DNA of 64,000 nt from Opitutia bacterium (lineage in GTDB: Bacteria > Verrucomicrobiota > Verrucomicrobiia > Opitutales > Opitutaceae), in contig CANJVR010000003.1 in assembly GCA_947478395.1 (NCBI GenBank), forward strand, positions 451,421 to 515,420, read 5' to 3'. Position 1 is the stretch's first letter; each line of letters starts with the position of its first letter. Position numbers and translations under genes: made by a program. The notes beneath the pieces are model-generated. The model was given only the letters and a program-made list of their open reading frames with translations, was not told the DNA's origin and ran no database searches. Positions 29,672 through 39,060 of this stretch are shown here, one piece after another.

Positions 29672-31108
29672 ATGGCCTCTTTTATCTCCGACGATTTTCT
29701 CCTGAGCTCCGCGCCCGCCCGCGAACTTTACCATAACTTCGCGCAGGCCGAGCCGATTTTCGACTATCACTGTCACCTGCCGCCCGCGCAGATCGCGAGC
29801 AACCATCAGTTCGCCGACCTGCAGGAAATCTGGCTGGCGGGCGATCACTACAAATGGCGCGCCATGCGCACCAACGGCGTGCAGGAACGTTTCTGCACGG
29901 GCGATGCCGCGCCGCGCGAAAAATTCCAAGCTTGGGCGGAGACCGTTCCGCACACCCTCCGCAATCCGCTCTATCACTGGACTCATCTGGAGTTGAAACG
30001 CTATTTTGGCATCGACGCGCTGCTCGATGCCCGGACGGCGGACGGCGTTTGGAAAGAAGGCAACGCCGCGCTCGCGAAGCTACGCGTGCATGACCTGCTG
30101 ACCAACTCGAAGGTGGCGGTCGTGTGTACCACCGACGATCCCGCCGATGCACTCGATTTTCACGTGAAGATTCGCGCGAGTGGTTTGAAGACGCGCGTGT
30201 ATCCGACGTTCCGCCCCGACAAGGCACTCGCCGTCGGCGACGCGAAGGCGTTCAACGCTTACCTTGAAAAACTCGGCGGCGCCGCGGGTGGGGCGTTCGC
30301 GGCGAATGGCCTGCGCACGTTCGACGATCTGCTGGGCGCGTTGAAAAAACGTCATGACGATTTTCACGCGGCGGGCGGACGGCTATCCGACCACGGCTTG
30401 GAGATGGCGCTGTCCGAGCCGTGCACGCATGCGCAGGCCACGGCCGTGTTTGACGCGGTCCGCGCGGGGCGGGTGCCGAGCGTGGAAGACCAGTTGCGCT
30501 ACGGTTCGTATTTGATGCTGGAGTTCGGGCGCTGGGATGCGGCGCGCGGCTGGACCAAGCAGCTTCACCTCGGCGCGATCCGCAACAACAGCAGTCGCCT
30601 GCTGCGCACGCTGGGGCCGGACACCGGGCTCGATTCGATCGGCGATTTTCCGCAAGCGCGCGCATTGTCGCGATACCTGGATACGCTCGACGCGACGAAC
30701 CAGCTCCCGCGCACGGTCATCTACAACGTCAATCCGAGCGACAATTATGTCTTCGGCACGATGATCGGAAATTTCCAGGACGGCTCCATCGCGGGCAAAC
30801 TTCAGTTCGGCAGCGGCTGGTGGTTTGCGGACCAGAAAGAAGGCATGGAGTGGCAGATCAACGCGCTCTCGAATCTCGGTTTGCTGAGCCGCTTCGTCGG
30901 CATGATTACCGACTCGCGCAGTTTCCTCAGTTATCCGCGGCACGAATATTTCCGCCGCACGCTGTGTAATCTGATTGGTGGTGACATGGCCCGCGGAGAA
31001 ATCCCGGCCGACATGGCGCTGGTGGGCGGCATGGTGAAGAATATCTGTTTCGGAAACGCGCGAAATTATTTTGGCTTGGAACTGGCGCCCGAGTTCGCGG
31101 CGAAGTGA
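29672..31108 (+). CDS. uxaC: Glucuronate/uronate isomerase
   Basis: IFDYHCHL, GDHYKWRAMR, NPLYHWTHLEL, CTTDDP, GSGWWF, TDSRSFLSYPRHEYFRR. Confidence 0.97.
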   Translation: MASFISDDFLLSSAPARELYHNFAQAEPIFDYHCHLPPAQIASNHQFADLQEIWLAGDHYKWRAMRTNGVQERFCTGDAAPREKFQAWAETVPHTLRNPLYHWTHLELKRYFGIDALLDARTADGVWKEGNAALAKLRVHDLLTNSKVAVVCTTDDPADALDFHVKIRASGLKTRVYPTFRPDKALAVGDAKAFNAYLEKLGGAAGGAFAANGLRTFDDLLGALKKRHDDFHAAGGRLSDHGLEMALSEPCTHAQATAVFDAVRAGRVPSVEDQLRYGSYLMLEFGRWDAARGWTKQLHLGAIRNNSSRLLRTLGPDTGLDSIGDFPQARALSRYLDTLDATNQLPRTVIYNVNPSDNYVFGTMIGNFQDGSIAGKLQFGSGWWFADQKEGMEWQINALSNLGLLSRFVGMITDSRSFLSYPRHEYFRRTLCNLIGGDMARGEIPADMALVGGMVKNICFGNARNYFGLELAPEFAAK

Positions 31109-31167
31109 AGCGGATGGGAACGGGCTTTCGCGCGTCGAGCGGCTGGAATTTTTCCGGGGCCGTTTTG

Positions 31168-31197
31168 GGTAGCGGCAGGCGTCTCGGCCTGCCGCTA
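31168..31197. repeat. GTAG-type REP-like palindrome
   Basis: GTAGCGGCAGGC-gtctcg-GCCTGCCGCTAC perfect 12-bp stem between convergent genes. Confidence 0.6.
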
Positions 31198-31267
31198 CGT
31201 CGTGAGCGGCCACGCGTGGGTTGACCCGCTCTAAATTAGCGGGCCCGCGCGGAATCGCGCCGCCCGC

Positions 31268-31816
31268 TTACGATTTGAGCCCGTAGGCCTCGCGCACGAC
31301 GTCCTTGATATACGTCGGAAAACTGGACGCCTGATCGAGCACGACGCGATGTCCGTCGGCTGCAATGATGGTGAAACGGAAGATCCGGATTTCGCTGTTC
31401 ATGCGATGAATCCATTCGATGCGCGGATCACTCAGGGGCAGGGTGAGGAGTTCTCCCCGCCACACGCCCGCGGTTACTTTTGGCGCTTCGTCCGTTAGAA
31501 ACATGCGGGATGCTTCGTCGGTAATATCTTCAACCGTGATGCTCCGCGGCGGTTTCGCATCCTTCACGCCGATGAGAAAAATGAAGTCAGGCGTTTTGGG
31601 TGCTTTGTTGGGCACAAAGCTAACGAACTGGATCTCAAAACCGTCTTCCGCCGCGTGGGTCGGACCGTGAGCGGTGAGTTCTACTCGTACCTTTTCTTTC
31701 CCGCCCATCACCGGCACCAATACGATCGTACCGGTGCTGCAACCCGTCAGCAGTGAGCTAAAAATGGCGAGGGCGGCGCAGAGGACCGGGGAAAGTGAGC
31801 GAAGGACGTGGGTCAT
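31268..31816 (-). CDS. Hypothetical lipoprotein
   Basis: Hydrophobic signal ending in LLTGC (lipobox), followed by a plausible globular domain. Confidence 0.65.
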   Translation of the reverse strand: MTHVLRSLSPVLCAALAIFSSLLTGCSTGTIVLVPVMGGKEKVRVELTAHGPTHAAEDGFEIQFVSFVPNKAPKTPDFIFLIGVKDAKPPRSITVEDITDEASRMFLTDEAPKVTAGVWRGELLTLPLSDPRIEWIHRMNSEIRIFRFTIIAADGHRVVLDQASSFPTYIKDVVREAYGLKS

Positions 31817-32200
31817 AGTAAAAATACGAGGGCGCGAAACGAAGGCTAAGAAGAGCCGGCCCGGTGCGGCTGGGCCATTAAAATCTTCGGCCGGAGGGGT
31901 GGGCGTGCTTTGGTTTTTGCGAGGGCGGGGTGCGGTTTCTGACATCACGTCGCCCGGGGGTTTCATCCTCGCGGTTTTTCCAGGCAAAGGGCGGCCTCAG
32001 TCGCGGCGCTCGTGCGGGCTTGGCCCGTTTTCTCGTGCAAGCCGTGGGTCGGTTGCCGTGCATCGAAATTGGTCTCGCGGCCAAGCCCCCTAGCTCGCTT
32101 GGCTATCAATCACTCTACCGCTTCGCCGGGCTTATTCCTCCCGCCATCCCTCGCACCGGTTTCCGCCCTATCAACCCACCTCTCGGAGTAACACCCAACC

Positions 32201-32259
32201 TGGCCTGAACCCCGCGTCCCCTGCAAAGGGCGTCGTCCTAGGCCCGCTCAACAACGACC
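32201..32259 (-). pseudogene. Possible degenerate tRNA-Glu-like relic
   Basis: Minus strand GGTCGTTGTTGAGCGGGCCTAGGACGACGCCCTTTGCAGGGGACGCGGGGTTCAGGCCA resembles the tRNA-Glu D-arm/anticodon stem (AGCGGCCTAGGACGCCGCCCTTTC...GCGGGTTC) but cannot form a full cloverleaf. Confidence 0.3.
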
Positions 32260-32518
32260 TTGAAGTCATCCCTGCCGACTGGCTCGAAGAAATGGTTTCG
32301 CAAGCCTTCCGCTGCGCCATCGGCTGCTTGGGAGCGTTGCTCTTTTATCCCAATGACACCGTGCAACCCGCCGGCACTCATCATCGGCAAGGTAGCGACA
32401 ATGATGCAGCGCAGGGAAAAAGAGTTGAAACCCGATCCGGCTTACCATCCCACGCTCGAGCTCACCGATTTCACCTTGGCCGCGCCCCTGCGTCCTTGGA
32501 CACCCTAGTTACCACGCC

Positions 32519-33709
32519 ATGTCTACGCCGCCCGCCGCTTTGTCCGAACTCCAGTTTCACATCGATCTACCGACCACCACGCCCGCCTATGCGCACTTTG
32601 CGGTCAAGGGCTGGGTGGCTTCGCTCACTCCCCTCCATGCGGTTTTCGCTGGTACGGTAGCCGCCGGCAATCGGCTCGCCTTAATCCCGCGGCCCGACGT
32701 TTCCGCCGCCCTGCCGTCCTGCCCGTATGTCAGCGGCTTCGTGGGCCAGGCCACCGGCGCGGAAATTTCTGACGGCCAGCTCCGTATCACGATCGTAACC
32801 GCGAGCGGCGAACACACCTTGGCCCACCCGCTGAGGCCGCCCCTGTTTCCCCCCGCCGCCCCACCGGCCCACTTCGCGATCACGCCCGAGTTCAAGGCCC
32901 GGAAAATCCGCCGCCTCGCCGGCCACTTAGCGTGCCCCATCTGTAAGGCCGTTCTGCCCGACGCGCCCTCCCGCGAAACTTGCGCGGGCTGCGGCGCCGC
33001 CTTCGAGTTCAGCCCAACGCTCCTCGATTTTTTCACGCCGGCCCAACGCGCTTCGATACCCGCGGTCGGTGCCACCGGTGATTCCTTAGGCGGTTACGAC
33101 GAGGTCATGAACGCTCTCGTGCAGCACTTCGCCGATGGCCTCATCCTCGACTGCGGCGCCGGTCTCAAAGATCGCCTTTTCTCCAACGTGATCAACCTGG
33201 AGATCATGGACTACCCGAGCACGGATGTCCGCGCCTTCAACGAATCGCTCCCCTTTGCCACCGGGACCTTTGACGCGGTCTTCACCCTCGCGACCCTCGA
33301 ACACGTCCGCGACCCCTTCGCCGCCGGCGCTGAGATCATGCGCGTACTCAAGCCCCATGGCATCGTCTATTCGATGGTGCCGTTGTTGGTGCCTTATCAC
33401 GGCTACCCGAACCACTATTACAACATGACCGTCGAGGGCCATCGCCTCGTGTTCGGTCCCAGCTTCGAACCGCTCGATGCCAGTGTCCCACTTTCCGGAA
33501 ATCCCATGTGGGCACTTAGCGGCCTCCTTCACGCCTGGCACAACAACCTCGCGCCCTCCGCCCGCCCCGAGTTCCTCAACCTGCGCATTGGCGACCTCCT
33601 CGCGCCACCTCTCACTTACACGGACCGCGACTTCGTCCGCCACCTCACACCGGAAGGCGCACTCGAAATCGCCGCCATGACCCGCTTCATCGGTCGTAAA
33701 CGCAGCTGA
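32519..33709 (+). CDS. Class I SAM-dependent methyltransferase with Zn-ribbon (Trm112-like) insert
   Basis: CPIC...CAGC, then ILDCGAG motif I, LPFATGTFDAV, LEHVRDP, RVLKPHG, PYHGYPNHYY. Confidence 0.82.
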   Translation: MSTPPAALSELQFHIDLPTTTPAYAHFAVKGWVASLTPLHAVFAGTVAAGNRLALIPRPDVSAALPSCPYVSGFVGQATGAEISDGQLRITIVTASGEHTLAHPLRPPLFPPAAPPAHFAITPEFKARKIRRLAGHLACPICKAVLPDAPSRETCAGCGAAFEFSPTLLDFFTPAQRASIPAVGATGDSLGGYDEVMNALVQHFADGLILDCGAGLKDRLFSNVINLEIMDYPSTDVRAFNESLPFATGTFDAVFTLATLEHVRDPFAAGAEIMRVLKPHGIVYSMVPLLVPYHGYPNHYYNMTVEGHRLVFGPSFEPLDASVPLSGNPMWALSGLLHAWHNNLAPSARPEFLNLRIGDLLAPPLTYTDRDFVRHLTPEGALEIAAMTRFIGRKRS

Positions 33710-33950
33710 ACGACCGCGCTGATCGCTCCCCTCGTCCGGAAAAGGCTTTTCAATTTTCAGGCCGCCGCCGCGACCGGGCATCGTCAACCGACCTGAAACT
33801 TTCAACCGCTGCATCCTCGCGGACCGCGTCGGCCTCGGCAAAAGAGTGAGGCCCTGGGCTGAATCTTCGGCGAACGATGCCCCCGCCGCCCGCCGGCCAG
33901 CAGGGCGTTTTCAATCAAACCGCTGGGCAAACTATCGGGTGCCGACCTCC

Positions 33951-35096
33951 TCACCGCGGATAGGCGGGTGCTGGTTGATAATGAAAGTCCGGGGTGGTGG
34001 CGAACTCGCTCATGGGCGTGTGAAAGACGCGCGTGGCGGAGGCTGACATCGGCGGCACGATCCAATCCCAGCGCGCCGATATCGCTCGGCCGTGAGACGC
34101 TTCCCGATCGCGGAATTTAATGAATTCCTCGGAGGCGGTGTGGTGATCGACCATCTTTACGCCTGCGGCCGCGTAGGAATGCAGGACCGCCTGGTTGAGC
34201 TCAAGCAACGCCCGATCCTGCCAGAGGGTCCGCGAGCGCCTCCGGTCCAGGCCCAGCCGGTCTGCGATCAGAGGAAGTAGATTGTAGCGGTGAGTGTCGC
34301 CCAGATTGCGCGACCCAATTTCGGTGCCCATATACCAGCCGTTAAAAGGAGAGGCCTCGTAGTCGGTGCCGGCGGCCCGAAACCGCATATTGGCGATGAC
34401 GGGGACAGCGTACCAGCGCAACCCGAGCGCTTCGAACCAGCTGTACTCGGGATGGTGGATTGGAACCTCCCGGACCAACCCTTGCGGCAGCGGAAAAAGC
34501 TGGGGCTGGCCGTCGCGGCCAGAAATGATCCAAGGCAAGAGATCGAATGCGGTTGGGTGCTTTGGACGTTGCCAGCCCAACTGCAACGCAAGGTCCGTAA
34601 ATGGCGCGTTAGCTGGATCGCCTAAAATAGTTTCGCCGGGGCCGCGATAACCCGCGTACCCGCAAAGCTGGGCATTCCAAATTCGCGGGGCCGGGTCGCC
34701 GGCGCGCGCGGCCGGTGCGAAAACGGTGAGGTATGAACTCACGGTGCCGTCATTTTGGGCCAAGGTGAGATGCTCGCGCAGGCTCTCGGCGATGGCGTCC
34801 GGGGCTTCGATTCCGCGGTGATCTCGCACGATCAGGCTTCGCCAATGGAGACGCCCGATGCAGCGCGAATGATTGCGCCACGCAATCCGCCCGGCCCACG
34901 TCAGCTCCTTTGAGGTCAATGGGGCGGCTTGGTGCGCGGCGATTGCGGCCTCAAGACGGGTGCGGCGCTCGGGCTCAATTCCTGCCGGATAAACTTCGTC
35001 TAAGAATGCGAGCTCAGCCGTGGGATCTACCGCGGCGACCACCGGTTTCGGTGGGGGCGGGGCGCTCGGCTGACGATGGAACGGGCATTGTGACAT
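33951..35096 (-). CDS. nos: Bacterial nitric oxide synthase oxygenase (stand-alone NOSoxy)
   Basis: AWRNHSRCIGRLHW (heme-thiolate Cys), IWNAQL..YAGY, FDLLP, WYAVPVIANM, PFNGWYMGTEIGSRN (Arg-binding Glu), VDHHTA, WDWIVPPMS...VFH. Confidence 0.95.
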   Translation of the reverse strand: MSQCPFHRQPSAPPPPKPVVAAVDPTAELAFLDEVYPAGIEPERRTRLEAAIAAHQAAPLTSKELTWAGRIAWRNHSRCIGRLHWRSLIVRDHRGIEAPDAIAESLREHLTLAQNDGTVSSYLTVFAPAARAGDPAPRIWNAQLCGYAGYRGPGETILGDPANAPFTDLALQLGWQRPKHPTAFDLLPWIISGRDGQPQLFPLPQGLVREVPIHHPEYSWFEALGLRWYAVPVIANMRFRAAGTDYEASPFNGWYMGTEIGSRNLGDTHRYNLLPLIADRLGLDRRRSRTLWQDRALLELNQAVLHSYAAAGVKMVDHHTASEEFIKFRDREASHGRAISARWDWIVPPMSASATRVFHTPMSEFATTPDFHYQPAPAYPR

Positions 35097-35350
35097 CGGC
35101 GGCTACTAAAATTTCAAAATGGCCGGGAGCAAGATCCCGCAACGCTTTCACGCGCTGCAACGCCCCGTCCCGCGGCCCGCTTATTTTCTACGCAGGATCA
35201 GTTCATGGCCGCCACGACGCGGCGCGCCCAGCGCCGAGAGAGATCGAGGCCGAAGTCAGCCGACCTTCGGCTCAGATCAAACCCGCGCAACAGCGACTGC
35301 TCCGCGCAGTGCTATATTCCTCGAGAACCACGCGTCTTCGCGCCCGTCCG

Positions 35351-35375
35351 GGATTCCGCCGGCACGGCGGAATCC
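35351..35375. terminator. 11-bp hairpin just downstream of the CDGSH gene (no U-tract)
   Basis: GGATTCCGCCG-gca-CGGCGGAATCC, 7 nt past the minus-strand stop. Confidence 0.45.
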
Positions 35376-35382
35376 GGCCAAC

Positions 35383-35547
35383 TTACTTAGCGTGCGAACC
35401 GTCGCAATACCCCTTGGGATTCTTCGTCTTGCCGCAGCCGCATTTCTTCGGCTCCGGAGCCGCAACCGGCGCCGGAGCCGCATGCGAGCCATCGCAATTG
35501 CCCTGAGCATTCTTGGTTTTACCACAGCCGCACTTTTTCGGTTCCAT
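35383..35547 (-). CDS. 54-aa twin CDGSH iron-sulfur (NEET-like) miniprotein
   Basis: MEPKKCGCGKTKNAQGNCDGSHAAPAPVAAPEPKKCGCGKTKNPKGYCDGSHAK. The two 22-codon repeats differ by 12 synonymous versus 3 non-synonymous codons, supporting a real gene. Confidence 0.85.
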   Translation of the reverse strand: MEPKKCGCGKTKNAQGNCDGSHAAPAPVAAPEPKKCGCGKTKNPKGYCDGSHAK

Positions 35548-35837
35548 GACGAAGGAGCGTGGGAGCGGGGCGACGGGAATCAACTCCGAAGCCGCGAAAC
35601 TAATTTGATCCGGAAGTCTACCGGTCATCTCGGAAAACCGAGCCGGAGGCAGGGTTAGTCTGGGGCGAAGCAAAGGATCAACGTGAGGCCGCCCCGATTT
35701 GAAGGGCACGAATTTAGTCCAGGAAAAGGTCTCCACGATGATCGGCGAAATCGGCGGGGACGCCGAGGACACCGCGGCCTTTTTGTCTTGGGTATTGCGG
35801 CGCACGGAATGCTGCTGCTCCATCCGGCACCGGATTC

Positions 35838-37457
35838 ATGAAATGGGCCTTCATTCTTGTTCTCGTCGCGGAGTTCTTGGTCTTCGACCGGATGACCTCG
35901 CGGCACTATTCCGGAATTTACCCGCGGTGGAATGACCAGATTGAGACCCTGAACGAGTCCTATACCGGTTATGAGTACCGTTTGGCCCATGGTTTTTTAG
36001 CGGGACTCGGGCACACCCTGAACAAGCCCGCGGCGCAGGGCACCCTACATTCCTTTTGGGCGATGCTCGCCTTCGAGGTGGCGGGTGAACCGTCGCGGAC
36101 CGCGGCGCTCGCGGTCAACATGCTCGCCTTCGTTGCTTGGCAGGCGGCCCTCCTCTTCGCGCTCCGGCGCGGCACCGGCTCCTATGCCCTCGGCTGGGTC
36201 GCGCTCGGTCTGACCCTCGGTCTGCGCTGGCCCTGGTACGGAGTTCAGGGCTCGGCCACGGACTTCCGGCTCGATCATGTCACGATGGGCATGATGGGGA
36301 TTTCCCTCGTCACGGCGCTCCAGACGAAAGTCTTCCGTTCGACCGCTTGGTCGGCGGTGTTTGGCGGCGTAGTGGGCGTGACCCTGCTCACGCGTTTCCT
36401 GAGCGGTACCTATTTCGCGCTGATTTTCGGCGCGTGCCTGCTCTGGATCCTGCTTTCATGCGAGGCACGTCTGCGCCGTTCGCTGAACCTCGGGCTGTCG
36501 GCGCTGGTCGCCACCCTGTTGCTGGCGCCCTGCCTTTGGGTGAACCGCCAGTTGGTCTACGAACATTATTGGATCGGACATTATTACGATGCGGACGGTG
36601 CGCTCTGGATTTCGCACGCGTCGCTTAGCCAGGCGATCGCCCAATTCTGGACGCAGCTGAGCGTCGAGCAGTTGGGGCCAGGCTTTGGCGCCGCCGCCGG
36701 CGCGGCGCTGCTTTGGCTGGGAGCCGGCGCTTGGTTCTCGCGCCGGAAGCCGGTTCCACCCGACGCCAACGGCGCGCGCCGCTGGACCGGCGAGGCGGCC
36801 ATCCTTGGCGCGATTTTTCTGCTGGCCCCGGGCATCGTCCTGCCGCTCCAGAACCAGCCTTTCGGCGTCGTGCTCGGCGTGGCCGTCCCGGGCGCGATCC
36901 TTGTCCTGCTCGCGCTCGCCGCCAAGCTGAACGCCCGGGTCGCCACCGGATATTCCGTCGCGGCCGCGGTCACGGCCTTCGCCCTTGGCGCCGGTTACTA
37001 CGTCGCCCGGCAGACCGCCGCGCCGTACGACGCCAACTTCGTGGCCGACAACCATCGGATCAATTCGATTGCCGACCGGATCTTTGCTACCTCCCGCGCC
37101 GCCAAGCTCGACCAGCCCACGATCGCCGTCGACCGGATCGCTGATTACTTCGACGCCCAAATTCTCCGGGTCATCTGCTACGAGCGCCACAAGGTCTGGA
37201 TGTCTTTCGCCATCGCGCTGCCCGTGGGCCTGAGTGCGATCCCGGAAGACATGCTGATGGGCCAGCTGATTCACAGCGATTTCGTTCTCGCCACGGAGGA
37301 GGGCCCGACCGGGCCCTGGCCCTACGACCGGCAAACCCTCGAGCTGCGGCCAAAAATCCTGACTTGGTGCGAGGCCAACCTGCGCGCCGTCGAACGCTTC
37401 ACGGTTTTTGGACAGCGCATGGTGCTCTATCAGCGCCGCGACCTACCGGTTCCCTGA
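35838..37457 (+). CDS. Polytopic membrane protein, GT-C glycosyltransferase-like
   Basis: Multiple TMs, an early periplasmic loop with WNDQ, DFRLDH, LLTRF; C-terminal soluble domain. Confidence 0.6.
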   Translation: MKWAFILVLVAEFLVFDRMTSRHYSGIYPRWNDQIETLNESYTGYEYRLAHGFLAGLGHTLNKPAAQGTLHSFWAMLAFEVAGEPSRTAALAVNMLAFVAWQAALLFALRRGTGSYALGWVALGLTLGLRWPWYGVQGSATDFRLDHVTMGMMGISLVTALQTKVFRSTAWSAVFGGVVGVTLLTRFLSGTYFALIFGACLLWILLSCEARLRRSLNLGLSALVATLLLAPCLWVNRQLVYEHYWIGHYYDADGALWISHASLSQAIAQFWTQLSVEQLGPGFGAAAGAALLWLGAGAWFSRRKPVPPDANGARRWTGEAAILGAIFLLAPGIVLPLQNQPFGVVLGVAVPGAILVLLALAAKLNARVATGYSVAAAVTAFALGAGYYVARQTAAPYDANFVADNHRINSIADRIFATSRAAKLDQPTIAVDRIADYFDAQILRVICYERHKVWMSFAIALPVGLSAIPEDMLMGQLIHSDFVLATEEGPTGPWPYDRQTLELRPKILTWCEANLRAVERFTVFGQRMVLYQRRDLPVP

Positions 37458-37459
37458 CC

Positions 37460-37600
37460 AGGCGCCGTCCAAGCCGAATCAGTTCGGGGTGAGCGATCTG
37501 ACTTACGTGCCGACCGACGAAAGCGGACTCAACGTCGCGCGGGCGTGCTCGACCGTTGCCGTCGCTCTCAGGTCGGCTGGGCCATGGGCTCCACGCCCTT
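37460..37600 (+). mobile_element. IS3-family transposase (integrase core) remnant, frameshifted
   Basis: APSKPNQFGVSDLTYVPTDESG in one frame, then LDRCRRSQVGWAMGS in another; matches the PNqxWxxDiTY...lD..SR.ivGWam DDE-core signature. Confidence 0.75.
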
Positions 37601-37731
37601 CGTGCAGGGACGCGCGAAGACTCGACGGCGGTGGTGCCCAGCGCCAAGTTTGGTCGCACCCTCCTGGCATCCGGCCGCGAATATCGCCGGCCATGAAACC
37701 AGCCGACAACGCCCCCCAACTCCACGCCATC

Positions 37732-39060
37732 ATGCTCCGCGACCGACTTCCTTTGGCCCTTTTCGCCCTCGCTCTCCTGACGCCATTGGCGGCGAAGGAG
37801 TATTACGTTGCGCCCAACGGCAGCGATGCCGCCGCCGGGACGATCACAGCGCCGTTTGCGACCGTCCAGCGCGGGCAGCAAGCCGCGGAGCCGGGCGACA
37901 CGGTTATGATTCGCGGCGGCACCTACCGCCTGAGCAACGCCCAGATCGCGGGGCGCGAGGGCCCCTACGCCTGCGTCACACGGCTGACCAAGAGCGGCAC
38001 GCCGGAGCAGCGAATCAACTATTGGGCCTATCCGGGCGAGCAGCCCGTCTTCGATCTGTCCCAGGTGAAGCCGGTCGGCGAGCGCGTCGCGGCCTTTCGC
38101 ATCGATGGCTCGTGGCTGCACCTCAAGGGCCTCGAGGTCATCGGGGTGCAGGTGACGATTACGACCCACACGCAGTCGATCAATTTCGACAACGAGGGCA
38201 GCAACAACCTCTACGAGCGACTCAGCATGCACGACGGCATGGGCATTGGGTTCTGGCTCGGCGCCGGCGCGAACAATCTCGTCCTGAATTGCGACGCCTA
38301 CCGCAACTACGACTCCGTCTCCGAGACCGGCCGCGGCGGGAATGTCGACGGCTTCGGCTACCACGGCCGGAAGGGCAGCGTGAACAATGTGTTCCGCGGC
38401 TGTCGCGCGTGGTTCAACAGCGACGACGGCTACGACTTCATCAACGCGGACGAAGCCGCCCGGATCGAGAATTGCTGGGCGTTCTACAACGGCTTCTCCG
38501 CGGATTTCAAATCGCTCGGCGATGGCAACGGCTTCAAGAGCGGCGGCGAGGCCGGCCGCACCCCCGCGACCCTGCCCAACCCCATCCCGCGCCACGTGGT
38601 GACCGGCAGCGTTTCCGTCCGCAACAAAGTGAACGGCTTCTACGCGAACCACCACCCCGCCGGCCTCGATTGGACCAACAACACCGCTTACAAGAATCCG
38701 ACCAACTTCAACCTGCGCGGGCGCGACCCCAAGGATAACAAGACGATCATTCCCGGCCGCGGCCACCACCTGAAAAACAACCTCGGCTTCGCCGGTGAGC
38801 ACGAAGTCGCCGAGCTCGACGCCGCGGCCAGCGACGTGAGCGGCAATTACTTTACGCTCCCCGTAACGCTCACCGCGGAGGATTTTCTCAGCCTCGAAGA
38901 GGCCGACCTCATCAAGCCGCGGAAATCCGACGGCAGCCTGCCCGACATCCAGTTCCTACACCTCGCCCCCGGCAGCGCCGTCATCGACCGGGGCGTAGAC
39001 GTGGGCCGGCCGTTCAAGGGCCGCGCGCCTGACCTCGGCGCGTTCGAGTCCGGCGGTTGA
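37732..39060 (+). CDS. Secreted PL9-family pectate/rhamnogalacturonan lyase (parallel beta-helix)
   Basis: YYVAPNGSD...APFATVQ, PGDTVMIRGGTY, GGNVDGF, NSDDGYD, GDGNGFK, APDLGAFE. Alternative ATG at 37693. Confidence 0.88.
   Translation: MLRDRLPLALFALALLTPLAAKEYYVAPNGSDAAAGTITAPFATVQRGQQAAEPGDTVMIRGGTYRLSNAQIAGREGPYACVTRLTKSGTPEQRINYWAYPGEQPVFDLSQVKPVGERVAAFRIDGSWLHLKGLEVIGVQVTITTHTQSINFDNEGSNNLYERLSMHDGMGIGFWLGAGANNLVLNCDAYRNYDSVSETGRGGNVDGFGYHGRKGSVNNVFRGCRAWFNSDDGYDFINADEAARIENCWAFYNGFSADFKSLGDGNGFKSGGEAGRTPATLPNPIPRHVVTGSVSVRNKVNGFYANHHPAGLDWTNNTAYKNPTNFNLRGRDPKDNKTIIPGRGHHLKNNLGFAGEHEVAELDAAASDVSGNYFTLPVTLTAEDFLSLEEADLIKPRKSDGSLPDIQFLHLAPGSAVIDRGVDVGRPFKGRAPDLGAFESGG

Noticed and set aside
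27844..29673. 609-aa minus-strand ORF (likewise 52091-53821, 18683-20401, 37399-38802, 26126-27454)
   Set aside because: Antisense or overlapping shadows of well-supported genes, expected in high-GC DNA.
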